Shown one piece after another: positions 1 through 9,351 of a stretch of 52,685 nucleotides of DNA. The position numbers and the translations under genes were made by a program. Below the pieces are notes generated by a model. It was given only the letters and a program-made list of their open reading frames with translations, made no database searches and was not told where the DNA came from. The stretch's first letter is position 1. Each line of letters starts with the position of its first letter. This DNA comes from Hymenobacter sp. (GTDB lineage: Bacteria; Bacteroidota; Bacteroidia; Cytophagales; Hymenobacteraceae), in the NCBI GenBank assembly GCA_043738185.1, contig JAYSZD010001079.1, forward strand, positions 1-52,685, written 5' to 3'.

Positions 1-221
1 TTATTAGCCCCGTACACGTAGCCAAAGGCCGGGTCGTTGAGGCGGGCATTGGCCGGAGCAGTCACATCAATGGTAAAGTCGATAGTGCCGGGAGTCGGGG
101 TTGGGGTTGAGCCCGGACCGGGCTGGGGGTTGTCGGTTTTGCTGCTGCAGCTGCCCAAACAGCCGCTCACCAGCAGCGTGGCACCGAAGCCGAATAGGTG
201 TAGAAATTCGTCGCGTTTCAT
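1..221 (-). CDS. Partial (runs off the window) lipoprotein, probably a Bacteroidota Rieske 2Fe-2S protein N-terminus
   Basis: ATG at 221 gives MKRDEFLHLFGFGATLLVSGCLGSCSSK...IDFTIDVTAPANARLNDPAFGYVYG; Tat/lipoprotein-like leader; the Rieske motifs would lie outside the window. Confidence 0.55.
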   Translation of the reverse strand, partial: MKRDEFLHLFGFGATLLVSGCLGSCSSKTDNPQPGPGSTPTPTPGTIDFTIDVTAPANARLNDPAFGYVYGAN

Positions 222-337
222 ACTACTTACAAGGGGTTAATGGCGTGAGTGCCGCGCCTGTGCACACCTACGTAACCCGGCCCGGTATGGGTTTACCGGC
301 GGGCGCCTGTGGCCGGAAGCGTAGCTTTGCAGCCCGC

Positions 338-2179
338 ATGAAAACTTACCTCCGCATCCTGCAGTACGCCCGGCCTTTTGCCAGCTTCCTGCCGCTGTAT
401 TTCGTCCTGACGATACTGACCATTGTGTTCAGCATCTTCAACTTTACGCTGATTGTGCCGCTGCTCAATGTGCTGTTCAACCAAACCGGGACGGCCACCG
501 AAATACCCAAATCACTCCCGGGCTTCTCGCTGAGCGCGCGCTTCATCACCGATGCTTTTTACTATTACTTTGGGCAGGTAATTGCGGCTTACGGGCGCAT
601 GGGGGCACTTTCGTTTGTGTGCGGGGCGGTGGTGGTGTCGGTGTTTTTCAGCAATCTGTTTCGCTACCTCAGCCTGCGGCTGATTGCCACCGTGCGGGCC
701 CGCGTGATTCGCGGCCTGCGCCTCGATTTGTACCAGCGCATGCTGCAATTGCCGCTCAGCTTCTTCGGCGGCGAACGCAAGGGCGACCTCATGTCGCGCT
801 TCACCAGCGACGTGCAGGAGGTGGAAACCTCGGTGGTGAACACGCTCACCGGCGTCATCCGCGACCCGCTCACCATCATCTTTTACTTCGTGGTCCTGTT
901 CACGATGTCGGCCAAGCTTACGCTGTTTTCGCTGATTCTGCTGCCGATTTCAGGCGGCATCATCGCCACGGTTTCCAAGCGGCTGCGGCGGCAGGCCAAA
1001 CAAAGCCAGCAAACGCTGGGCACCATGCTCTCGGTGATTGACGAGACGCTGGGCGGCGTACGCGTCATCAAAGCCTTCAATGCCCAAAAGTACATTTTGG
1101 GCAAGTTCATGGCTCAGAACGACCAGTACGCCCGCACGTCGCGCAACATCGACAACACCCGCGACTTGGCTTCGCCATTCTCCGAATTTGCCGGGGTTTC
1201 GGTGGTGGCGGGCTTGCTCTATTTTGGCGGCTCGCTCGTGCTCGGCGGGGAGTCGGACCTCACGGCGGCGAAGTTCATTGGCTACATCATTCTGTTTTCG
1301 CAGGTTCTGACACCAGCCAAGGCCTTGTCGTCGTCGTTTGGCAACATCCAGCGCGGCCTGGTGGCGGGCGAGCGGGTGCTGAGCATCATCGACATTGAGC
1401 CAGCTATTCGGGACCGGCCCAACGCAGCGGTGCTGCCGCCTTTTGAGCGCGAAATCGAGTTCCAGAACCTGCAGTTCAGCTACGGTGAGACGCCGGTATT
1501 GTACGATATTAACCTGAAAATCCGCAAGGGCAGCACGGTGGCGCTGGTGGGCAGCAGCGGCGGCGGCAAAAGCACCCTGGCCGACCTACTGCCGCGCTTC
1601 TACGACCCCGGCGCCGGCCAAATCCTGATTGACGGGCACGACCTGCGCGGCTGTACACTGCATTCGGTGCGCGACCAGATGGGCATTGTGACGCAGGAAA
1701 GCATCCTGTTCAACGACACCATTTTTAATAACATCCGCTTCAATACCCAGGCTACCGAAGCCGAAGTCATAGAAGCCGCCCGCATTGCCAATGCCCACGA
1801 ATTTATCCTGGCCAGCCCCGAGGGCTACCAGACCGTCATTGGCGACCGGGGCTCCCGGTTGTCGGGCGGGCAGCGGCAGCGGCTGAGCATCGCACGCGCC
1901 ATTCTGCGAAACCCGCCAATTCTGATTCTGGACGAAGCCACGTCGGCCCTCGACACCGAGAGCGAGAAGCTGGTGCAGGAGGCCTTGCAGCGCCTGATGC
2001 AGAACCGCACCTCGCTCGTGATTGCCCACCGCCTGAGCACCGTGCAGCACGCCGACGAAATCGTAGTGCTCCAACACGGCCGCATCGTGGAGCGCGGCAC
2101 CCACGCCGACCTGGCGCGGCGCCCCGGCGGCGTGTACCAACGCCTGAGCTCCATGCAAACCAATGCCGCGCTGGTTTGA
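338..2179 (+). CDS. ABC transporter ATP-binding/permease (MsbA-like exporter)
   Basis: TM domain, Walker A GSSGGGKST, LSGGQRQR, Walker B ILILDEATSALD; start at ATG 338 (MKTYLR), preceded by TAGCTTTG at 322-329. Confidence 0.92.
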   Translation: MKTYLRILQYARPFASFLPLYFVLTILTIVFSIFNFTLIVPLLNVLFNQTGTATEIPKSLPGFSLSARFITDAFYYYFGQVIAAYGRMGALSFVCGAVVVSVFFSNLFRYLSLRLIATVRARVIRGLRLDLYQRMLQLPLSFFGGERKGDLMSRFTSDVQEVETSVVNTLTGVIRDPLTIIFYFVVLFTMSAKLTLFSLILLPISGGIIATVSKRLRRQAKQSQQTLGTMLSVIDETLGGVRVIKAFNAQKYILGKFMAQNDQYARTSRNIDNTRDLASPFSEFAGVSVVAGLLYFGGSLVLGGESDLTAAKFIGYIILFSQVLTPAKALSSSFGNIQRGLVAGERVLSIIDIEPAIRDRPNAAVLPPFEREIEFQNLQFSYGETPVLYDINLKIRKGSTVALVGSSGGGKSTLADLLPRFYDPGAGQILIDGHDLRGCTLHSVRDQMGIVTQESILFNDTIFNNIRFNTQATEAEVIEAARIANAHEFILASPEGYQTVIGDRGSRLSGGQRQRLSIARAILRNPPILILDEATSALDTESEKLVQEALQRLMQNRTSLVIAHRLSTVQHADEIVVLQHGRIVERGTHADLARRPGGVYQRLSSMQTNAALV

Positions 2180-2294
2180 TGAGCCAATAGCTTTCTGCCC
2201 TCAGCTGTTATCCCTTTACTTCTCATCCAATAATCCGCTAAACAGCTTCGATAGCTGTTCAATGCTAACTATTAACTGCTAACTGACCTTTCTT

Positions 2295-2525
2295 ATGCTC
2301 GGCAAAAATCGATTTCGTTGGTTTCTCTATTTGGTGGGGGGTATTGTGCTGGTACGGCTGCTTTATAACCTGGGCTACCGGGCCGTTAACGACCGGCTCA
2401 ACGCAGCCACTGAAGTGCCGGCGCAAACGCCCAAGGTCAGCCGTGAGGGCCAGGGCCTGCGCGGCATCATCGTCGACCCGGCCGATTCGGTAGAAGTGGC
2501 CGACACTGCCGCGCAGGCCCGGTAA
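2295..2525 (+). CDS. Small hypothetical membrane-anchored protein
   Basis: 76-aa ORF with one N-terminal hydrophobic helix and host-like codon usage. Confidence 0.55.
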   Translation: MLGKNRFRWFLYLVGGIVLVRLLYNLGYRAVNDRLNAATEVPAQTPKVSREGQGLRGIIVDPADSVEVADTAAQAR

Positions 2526-2612
2526 CTCGGTTAATAAGCGCTATTTTGCCGTTGTTTTCCAAGTCTGCTGCTTTTGGCGGGCGTGTTTCCTCCACCTTAT
2601 TCTGTTTTCGTC

Positions 2613-3074
2613 ATGCTCGCTCTCAAACGTATTATTACCGTCGCCGTGATGGTTTACCTGCTGCTGGCGCTGCTGTTTGTTCTGGCTCCGGCCGTACGCA
2701 CCACCGTGATGGGCATGGGCGCGGAGTTGTCTGACCTGGCCCGGGAGAAAAGCTTTTACTACACGCTGTTCGTGGTGGGCGCCATCATTCTGGCCCTGCA
2801 TCTGGTGACTGAAAACCTCGACAGCGTACTGTTGCGCCGTTCCGTAACCCAACACGAGAACCGCATCAACGAACTCAAGGCCAAACTTTACGACCACCAG
2901 CAGCGCGGCCCGGCGCCGGTTGTGGCGCATACGGGCAGCACCATTGACGGCCGAACCCTGGAAATGCAACCGCCGCTGGGCAGCAATGCCACCGACCACC
3001 TCCCCCAGCCCATTTTTCCGCAGCGCGACCCCAGCCTGAGCAACACCCCGCCGGCCGAACGCCCGCCGCTGTAG
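2613..3074 (+). CDS. Hypothetical membrane protein
   Basis: Two TM helices, short coiled coil (ENRINELKAKLYD), Pro-rich tail; ATG at 2613. Confidence 0.7.
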   Translation: MLALKRIITVAVMVYLLLALLFVLAPAVRTTVMGMGAELSDLAREKSFYYTLFVVGAIILALHLVTENLDSVLLRRSVTQHENRINELKAKLYDHQQRGPAPVVAHTGSTIDGRTLEMQPPLGSNATDHLPQPIFPQRDPSLSNTPPAERPPL

Positions 3075-3122
3075 CCCACCCGGCCCTTCGCTCCTGCTCT
3101 TCCCGCTCCTGAATACCTCTCA

Positions 3123-3731
3123 GTGCCCGACCACGCCCTCCTGCTCCCCGACCTCATCCGCGCCGAATTGGCCGAAGCCCGCCACGTGCTCGACCAGTTT
3201 CTGGCGGCCCCCACCAACCTGGCCCGCATTGCCGCAGCAGCGGAACTGTTTGCCCACAGCCTGCGCAACGGCGGCAAGATTCTTACTTGCGGCAACGGCG
3301 GCAGCCTCTGCGACGCCCAGCATTTCGCCGAAGAGCTGAGCGGCCGCTACCGCGAGAACCGCCGCGCGCTGGCCGCCATCGCCCTCACCGAGGCCTCGCA
3401 CATGACCTGCGTGGCCAATGACTTCGGCTTTGAGTTCGTATTCAGCCGCTTCGTGCAGGCCCTGGGCCGGTCCGGCGACGTGCTGCTGGCCATCAGCACC
3501 AGCGGCAGCTCGCCCAACATTCTCCGGGCCGCCGAGGCCGCCAAGGAGGCCGGCATGCTCGTCGTTTCCCTCACCGGCAAGGACGGCGGACAACTGGCGG
3601 GCCTCAGCGACGTGGAAATTCGGGTGCCGCACTTCGGCTACGCCGACCGGATTCAGGAGGTTCACATCAAGGTAATTCATATCCTGATTATGTTGATTGA
3701 GAAGCTGGTGATTGGTGAGGTGGTAAAATAG
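3123..3731 (+). CDS. gmhA: D-sedoheptulose 7-phosphate isomerase (SIS domain)
   Basis: [26 protein letters not shown] and DRIQEVH motifs. Confidence 0.92.
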   Translation: MPDHALLLPDLIRAELAEARHVLDQFLAAPTNLARIAAAAELFAHSLRNGGKILTCGNGGSLCDAQHFAEELSGRYRENRRALAAIALTEASHMTCVANDFGFEFVFSRFVQALGRSGDVLLAISTSGSSPNILRAAEAAKEAGMLVVSLTGKDGGQLAGLSDVEIRVPHFGYADRIQEVHIKVIHILIMLIEKLVIGEVVK

Positions 3732-3807
3732 GGAGGTAGCGAAGAAGTCAGAAAGATGTATAGTAGGTTTGTAAGTCTTCTGAAAATCACTGCATAACCA
3801 ATCTACC

Positions 3808-4668
3808 ATGCTCACCAAAACATTCGGCTCGGCCGTGCAGGGCGTCAACGCCTACACCATCACCATTGAAGTGGTGGTGACGGCCGGGACGTTGTTTTAC
3901 GTGGTGGGCTTGCCGGATAATGCCATCAAGGAGAGCCAGCAGCGCATTGAGGCGGCGCTGAAGCTGCGGGGCTACCGCATGCCGCGCACCAAAGTGGTAG
4001 TGAACATGGCCCCGGCCGACATTCGCAAAGAAGGCGCGGCCTACGACTTGCCCATTGCGCTGGGCATTCTGCACGCCTCGCAGCAGCTGAATACGGAGAA
4101 GCTGGGGGATTATATTATTATGGGTGAAATGTCGCTCGATGGCGACCTGCGGCCCATTCGGGGCGTGCTGCCCATTGCCATTCAGGCCCGCAAGGAAGGT
4201 TTCAAGGGCATCATCCTGCCCAGGGAAAACGCCGAGGAGGCCGCCATCGTCAACAACCTCGACGTGATTGCCGTGGGGAGCATGCAGGAGGCCATCGACT
4301 TCTTTGAAGGCCGGCTGGAAATTACGCCCACCGTGGTGGACACACGGGAGCTGTTCCAGCACGCCGTGAACAAGTACACCGCCGATTTTGCCGACGTGCA
4401 GGGCCAGGAGAACATCAAGCGGGCGCTGGAAATAGCGGCGGCTGGCGGCCACAACGTGATTATGATAGGGCCGCCCGGCGCGGGCAAAACCATGCTGGCC
4501 AAGCGCCTGCCCAGCATCCTGCCGCCCCTGAGCATGCAGGAGGCGCTGGAAACCACCAAAATTCACTCGGTGGCGGGCAAGCTGGCGGGCGGCGGCTTGC
4601 TAAGCTCGCGACCGTTCCGGGCTCCGCACCACACCATTTCGGATGTGGCCCTGGTGGGCGGCGGCAGC
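3808..4668 (+). pseudogene. comM: 5' part of comM/yifB Mg-chelatase-like AAA+ ATPase, interrupted by the transposon; reading frame continues 12 codons into the element to a stop at 4707
   Basis: VGLPDNAIKES, NMAPADIRKEG, Walker A GPPGAGKTMLA, PFRAPHHTISDVALVGGGS; joining to 49233 restores a 511-aa ORF. Confidence 0.95.
4664..4668. repeat. Target-site duplication GCAGC (left copy)
   Basis: Identical GCAGC at 49228-49232, directly outside the TGT/ACA ends. Confidence 0.95.
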
Positions 4669-4736
4669 TGTAAAAAGCCGAACCCAATGAGAAACTGTCA
4701 TACCTAATGAGAAACTTCCGAACCCGATGAAAAATT
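4669..4736 (+). repeat. Transposon end with three contiguous 20-bp putative TnsB-binding sites
   Basis: 8-bp terminus, then GCCGAACCCAATGAGAAACT (4677-4696), GTCATACCTAATGAGAAACT (4697-4716), TCCGAACCCGATGAAAAATT (4717-4736). Confidence 0.88.
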
Positions 4737-4769
4737 ATCAATCTATTTTTTCTTCTAAATAAAAAAGAG

Positions 4770-6659
4770 TTGAGAGTTGGCATCCACGTTCGAGAAGGTA
4801 CTCCAGATGAAGTGGATATTCTGTACAAGCTTATACTTGTTGGTAAGCCATTTCAAAAAGTTGGTATTGGGACTTGTCACATAATCTGTTACTTCCAGCC
4901 TTGGCTAGTAGTTCAGAATATCCCTGCAAGTGAAGACATTATCAGCTATGCAATAAGCAGTGTATATGCTGGCAAGCTTATCTGTGGCACAATTTGGACA
5001 CACGATAAAGACTCAGGGAAAAAGGAGAGCTACATCCTACCTACTGACTGTTATACGTTCAACACAAGTCCGGGTACGCTGTATGCCCAGCGGCTCAAGC
5101 ATGTTCTGAGCGCAGAAGCTTTGTCTCCTTCAAAATTCTGGAAGATTCATAACGATACCTGGGTAATATGCGTCAATTCTGGCCATAAAAAGATTATCAT
5201 CCCATATTTTGAGTTATTGCGTGTACTCTTTTACAATAAGAGTCTGCGTTTGACGGATTATATCTTTTCGCAAAAACCTATTAACTCTTTATGCAGCCCG
5301 CTTATATTTCCCGATAGAAACAATTTTCTTACAGGCAGGTATTGCATTGCTGCGGCAAAATGCTCATACTCAGAAGCCAGACTTTTAGGTTGTCTTCTGT
5401 TTGACCCCCAACTAATTTATGCATTTAATGCATCGCAGGCCTATTGGCAGGTTACTGCTTCCAAAAACGGTGTCTTACTGGCAGATAAAGCCGATAGTAT
5501 GCCCGTAGGTGACTTCGGCACGTCATATTTCAGTGCAAGCGGCTATAACTTCTCGCACGACAAAGAGGAATACTTTTGGGTACACAAGCTTACAGTTATT
5601 CAGTACAATTATAAATTCGATACACTTCTTTATTATCCGTTGGAGAGTGCAGCGGTGGATAAAAATAAAAACACAAAAAAGAAATCAGCTACCAAAGACA
5701 AAGACCTCACAGAATGTCCGGATATGTTCCTTTTGCCTAAGCAAAGGTTAATTCGGTCCGAAATGAGGAATTGCTTTCCTGAATCAGTGCCAGAGGAAGT
5801 CAGTTATGGGGTTTCTCATTCACCCACCACAAGGCATTGGGAAAATGTTATTCAAAATACTAGTCTGCTTCCACTTGTTATAACCAGATTACCGTGGGCT
5901 GCATTATCCCTGCGTCCATCGGATTATTTCGCGCGCTATGATACATTAAAAATATCCGCGAGACACTTGGATGCATCTGCTGACATAAAAGCGTTGCTTA
6001 CAAATGCGTTTCGCAAGTTGATTCGTGAATTTAAATCAAAAAATTATTCGATAAAATACCTTGAGCTTAATAATTCCAAGCAGGAATTCGGGAAACAATT
6101 GTCTGTTTTGCCATTAAATAGGCACCCGCCGATGTCCATAACTGCTTATCATGGGCAAATACAACATTTTCCACTTGTAGAAATAACCCTAACCAACGCC
6201 TTACTCTATATTGCTCAGCCCTTTCCCGAATACAATCCTGAATTAATTCTGCTTTTTATTAAGCAGAATCTTATCCAGCCTATATCCTCGGAATGGAATA
6301 CCTTATTAAACGAAATAACGCCTGTTCATCATGAAAGAGACCTTAAGAAATTCTACAGGCGAATTCATCTTGTGCAGGTAAAAAAAATTTCATCTAACAC
6401 TGCTCTCCTGGCCCTACCAGTTCCCAGCGGTGTGATTAAAGTAGAAGACTGCATCGGTTTGACCGACCATATTGTAGAAAGTTTCAGAAAGCGATTAGAG
6501 TTTGTCCTAGCTGTGTCTTTAAAATATCCCCAAGGTCTTACACCTGAGCAGCAAAGGAAAATAACACGTTTAAGTAAAAATATATGTAGGGCGCCCAAAT
6601 GGATATGGGAGTCCAGAATTATAAACATGTGGCGTGAAATGGCTCTCCGCAAAGCTTGA
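4770..6659 (+). CDS. Putative divergent TnsE-like target-selection protein
   Basis: Colinear resemblance to Tn7 TnsE as recalled: KLILVGKPFQKVGIGTCHIICYFQP, IIIPYFELLRVLFY (cf. HIPQLELARSLFL), EARLLGCLLFDPQLIYAF, C-terminal NAFRKLIREFKSK; TTG start uncertain. Confidence 0.6.
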   Translation: MRVGIHVREGTPDEVDILYKLILVGKPFQKVGIGTCHIICYFQPWLVVQNIPASEDIISYAISSVYAGKLICGTIWTHDKDSGKKESYILPTDCYTFNTSPGTLYAQRLKHVLSAEALSPSKFWKIHNDTWVICVNSGHKKIIIPYFELLRVLFYNKSLRLTDYIFSQKPINSLCSPLIFPDRNNFLTGRYCIAAAKCSYSEARLLGCLLFDPQLIYAFNASQAYWQVTASKNGVLLADKADSMPVGDFGTSYFSASGYNFSHDKEEYFWVHKLTVIQYNYKFDTLLYYPLESAAVDKNKNTKKKSATKDKDLTECPDMFLLPKQRLIRSEMRNCFPESVPEEVSYGVSHSPTTRHWENVIQNTSLLPLVITRLPWAALSLRPSDYFARYDTLKISARHLDASADIKALLTNAFRKLIREFKSKNYSIKYLELNNSKQEFGKQLSVLPLNRHPPMSITAYHGQIQHFPLVEITLTNALLYIAQPFPEYNPELILLFIKQNLIQPISSEWNTLLNEITPVHHERDLKKFYRRIHLVQVKKISSNTALLALPVPSGVIKVEDCIGLTDHIVESFRKRLEFVLAVSLKYPQGLTPEQQRKITRLSKNICRAPKWIWESRIINMWREMALRKA

Positions 6660-6804
6660 AACAGTCCTGTCGTCCGACACCCCTATAATCCCTGACAAAT
6701 ACTGCCAGCGGAACACTGTAGAAGTGGGACTAAGCCCCCAGTATTGCTGGAGCGTTAACACTCCGGGCTTGTCTGATTAATCCACGTTACAGAGCGTGAT
6801 TTCC

Positions 6805-6955
6805 AGCCGCAGCGACGCATTGGTAGTTTTGCAGCAGTTCGAAAGCAGTTTAGCCGCAAAGCGGCGGTATTTTCTTCGGGCGAAGGTGCCGCCGCTTTGC
6901 GGCTTCAATCAGCCAGCTACCTTTTTCCCCACCAATGCATCGCCGCGTTGCGGCT
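6805..6955 (+). repeat. Nested palindromic REP/REPIN-like or structured-RNA element
   Basis: Inner 23-bp stem 6852-6874/6882-6904 whose three mismatches are G.U-compatible on the + strand; outer arms 6805-6824/6931-6955. Confidence 0.55.
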
Positions 6956-7440
6956 TAACTGGACTACTCCGGGTAATTAACCATATGAAGCCTAGCTGGA
7001 TTTCAGGCTTTACCTCAAGCACATAGCAGCATCATTAGGTGATAAGATAACTTATCATGCTGTCTTATTATCCAGCCTGGGTGCTAAAGCTAAGGTTTGA
7101 AATACTTGGAGAATGGCCACTAACGAGGCCGATACCGCCCGCAGGGATGCTGCCCCAGCTTAATCGCCGCAGCACGGGGCAACGCTTTAACCGTGCACGT
7201 ACACCAAGCCAGGCCCTCACAGCGGACCGAGGTGTGATAGGCGTAGGAGGCTGAGCCCTGACAGATATACACTGCATTGGGAGGCAGCATCGCGGCCATC
7301 AACTAAAATAAGAGCCCGACACAAGTATTGAGCATAAAGTCAGGCTTCTTAGTATTGTATTATAAAGGCATTAAAAATACTAAATTAACAAGTAGTGGCG
7401 GTCGGCCACCAAAGCCAGTGATTCAGCTGTGTTTGGATTA

Positions 7441-8267
7441 GGAACTGTCCTCAATTGGGGTCCTGTTTCCGATGCATGAATGTAGACCGCACCTTGCTGA
7501 CGGATTCGATGTGGGCCGAACTGGCGCCACTGCTGCCCGGCCAAGCCGGGCGTCGCGGGGTCACGGCCCGCGACACGCGGGGCTTCGTCGAAGCCGTGCT
7601 GTGGCTGGGGCGAACCGGGGCCCCGTGGCGCGACCTGCCGGCGCACCTGGGCCACTGGCACCGGGTGTACGTGCGGTTTGCCCGCTGGCGCGACAAGGGC
7701 GCGTGGGAGCAGGCGACGGCGTGGTTAATACGCCACAGGCGCCGGCTGCCGCACGCCCGGCAGCGCCAGGTGCAAGTGGATTCAACCAGCATCCGGGTGC
7801 ATCAGCAAGGAACGGGCGCCGAAAAAAAAACGGCGACCAAGCGCTCGGCCGCAGCCGGGGCGGCAACACGGGCAAGCTGCACTTGACCACGGACGGGGCC
7901 GGCAACGTGCTGGGCTGGCAACTGACGGCCGGCACGGCCGGGGACGCCCCGCAGGCCGCGTCCCTGCTGGCCCCGTGGCTGGCTCCCGCGCAGCAGGTGG
8001 TCGCCGACGCCGCCTACGACAGCGACGCGCTGCGCCACGCGATTGCCGCCGCCGGGGCCATTGCCGTCATCAAGCCCAACCCGCGGCGCAAAAACATGCC
8101 CCATTTCGACCCGCTGGCTTACCGTTCGCGCCACCACATCGAGCAGACGTTCAGCAAAATCAAGCAGTTCAGGCGGCTGGCGACTCGCTACGACAAACTC
8201 GACCGCTCCTACGATTCTTTCCTCTGTCTGCGCATCATGACGCTCTGACACAATTGAGAACAGCTCC
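7441..8267 (+). mobile_element. IS5-family insertion sequence, 827 bp, apparently intact
   Basis: Imperfect IRs GGAACTGTCCTCAATTG / CAATTGAGAACAGCTCC; TA duplication at 7439-7440 and 8268-8269. Confidence 0.9.
7476..8248 (+). CDS. IS5-family transposase with programmed -1 frameshift
   Basis: OrfA (LTDSMWAELAPLLP, RTGAPWRDLP, VDSTSIRVHQ) joins OrfB (ALGRSRGG, ADAAYDSD, IEQTFSKIKQFRRLATRYDK) at the A9 run 7822-7830. Confidence 0.88.
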
Positions 8268-8457
8268 TAGGGCACAAATGAAAGTCAAAGTGTGGGCTGT
8301 GGTTCCCTGTTGCCGAACTCATTAGCGTAGTATTGAGCCAACAACCAACGACGGCGTACGCAGGAATACATATAAGGTGGTCAACAAGGGCGGGATGTGA
8401 TGATTCAGTTTTGCTGATGTCCCAGGGCCGATAATCACTCCACTCTTTTAACAATCC

Positions 8458-8703
8458 TCAGGCCTTCTTGTCCACAAGAAGACGGTCTTCCACCTGTCGA
8501 AGTAATTCGGATGCCTCTATCTGCAGAGCAGCAGCCAGACGAAAAATGGTAGTCAGCGAGGCCTGCTTGCTCCCTGTTTCCAATTGGGAGATGAAGGTCC
8601 TGTCCAAACCGGATTCGTCGGCCAGAGCTTCCTGTGAAAAGCCTTGAGCTTTGCGCATTTGCCTGACGACCAAGCCGAACGCCTTAATTGGTTCGCCGCT
8701 CAT
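8458..8703 (-). CDS. XRE-family HTH regulator resembling R-M controller (C) proteins
   Basis: 81 aa, FSQEALADESGLDRTFISQLETG. Confidence 0.85.
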   Translation of the reverse strand: MSGEPIKAFGLVVRQMRKAQGFSQEALADESGLDRTFISQLETGSKQASLTTIFRLAAALQIEASELLRQVEDRLLVDKKA

Positions 8704-8740
8704 ATGGGCGGCAAGCTACCGGGACCTTATATCCGGCTGT

Positions 8741-8758
8741 TGTTGTCAGTAGTCTACA
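8741..8758 (-). promoter_or_regulatory. C-box-like operator upstream of the XRE gene
   Basis: Minus strand TGTAGACTACTGACAACA, an imperfect palindrome resembling C-protein operators (TGTAGACTATAGTCGACA type). Confidence 0.45.
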
Positions 8759-8827
8759 AAAAGAATGTAAATTGCGCCTTCTGCTAAGCGCAGGTCGCAA
8801 CACTCCCCTCTAAGATTTCTATTACTC

Positions 8828-9172
8828 ATGCAAACTGACGCGCACCCTATCGCTCATTTCGTCACCCGAATGGCGAATATTAATGGCAATCAAGAGCCTT
8901 TTGAGATAGAAGTCACCATCCGCCGGGCGGGTTCCGGACCCATTATCGACAACGAGCCTCCCTTAGTCTCGGATACCAGCCGCAAAGGTTCTCCCTACAT
9001 CCACGCCTTCACCACTAACCTCAGCGAGGCCAACAAGCAGGGATTGGATAATATGGCTTATTGGGGCATTGGCCCCAGAAAATCTAAGACTTACCTCATG
9101 AACCAAGCATTGGCACAGTATCTGGCACAGTTCAAAGAATCCAAGCAGCCTGTCCCTATTGAAGAGTCATAG
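8828..9172 (+). CDS. Hypothetical protein with possible C-terminal ribbon-helix-helix DNA-binding region
   Basis: AFTTNLSEANKQGLDNMAYW...SKTYLMNQALAQYL has an RHH-like strand-helix-helix pattern; divergent from the XRE gene. Confidence 0.5.
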   Translation: MQTDAHPIAHFVTRMANINGNQEPFEIEVTIRRAGSGPIIDNEPPLVSDTSRKGSPYIHAFTTNLSEANKQGLDNMAYWGIGPRKSKTYLMNQALAQYLAQFKESKQPVPIEES

Positions 9173-9351
9173 GTTAACTCCAAAGTTGTTAACAAGCTGC
9201 GTTTGCCACCATACTCATTAATGGCAGGAGCGGCACCGTTGTGCACCAGTTACACTGTTCGCAACCACCCAGCAGCAACGACACCTTCGGTTTGAAACAC
9301 TCCCCCCCCCCCTTTTTGACCTCCTGTTTTTTATCTTCTACTTCCCTCAAA

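Noticed and set aside
101-337. N-terminal extension of the ABC transporter ORF
   Set aside because: It overlaps the divergent gene and a promoter box; the protein-like sequence starts at ATG 338.
4677-4736. Tandem 20-bp repeats as a mini CRISPR array (CAST hypothesis)
   Set aside because: No spacers; the motif recurs inverted at the other end, as expected for transposase sites; no cas genes are recognisable in the element.
6660-7400. Short ORFs and a possible integron attC site downstream of the TnsE-like gene
   Set aside because: The ORFs lack protein-like features; no convincing RYYYAAC/GTTRRRY pairing and no integron integrase.
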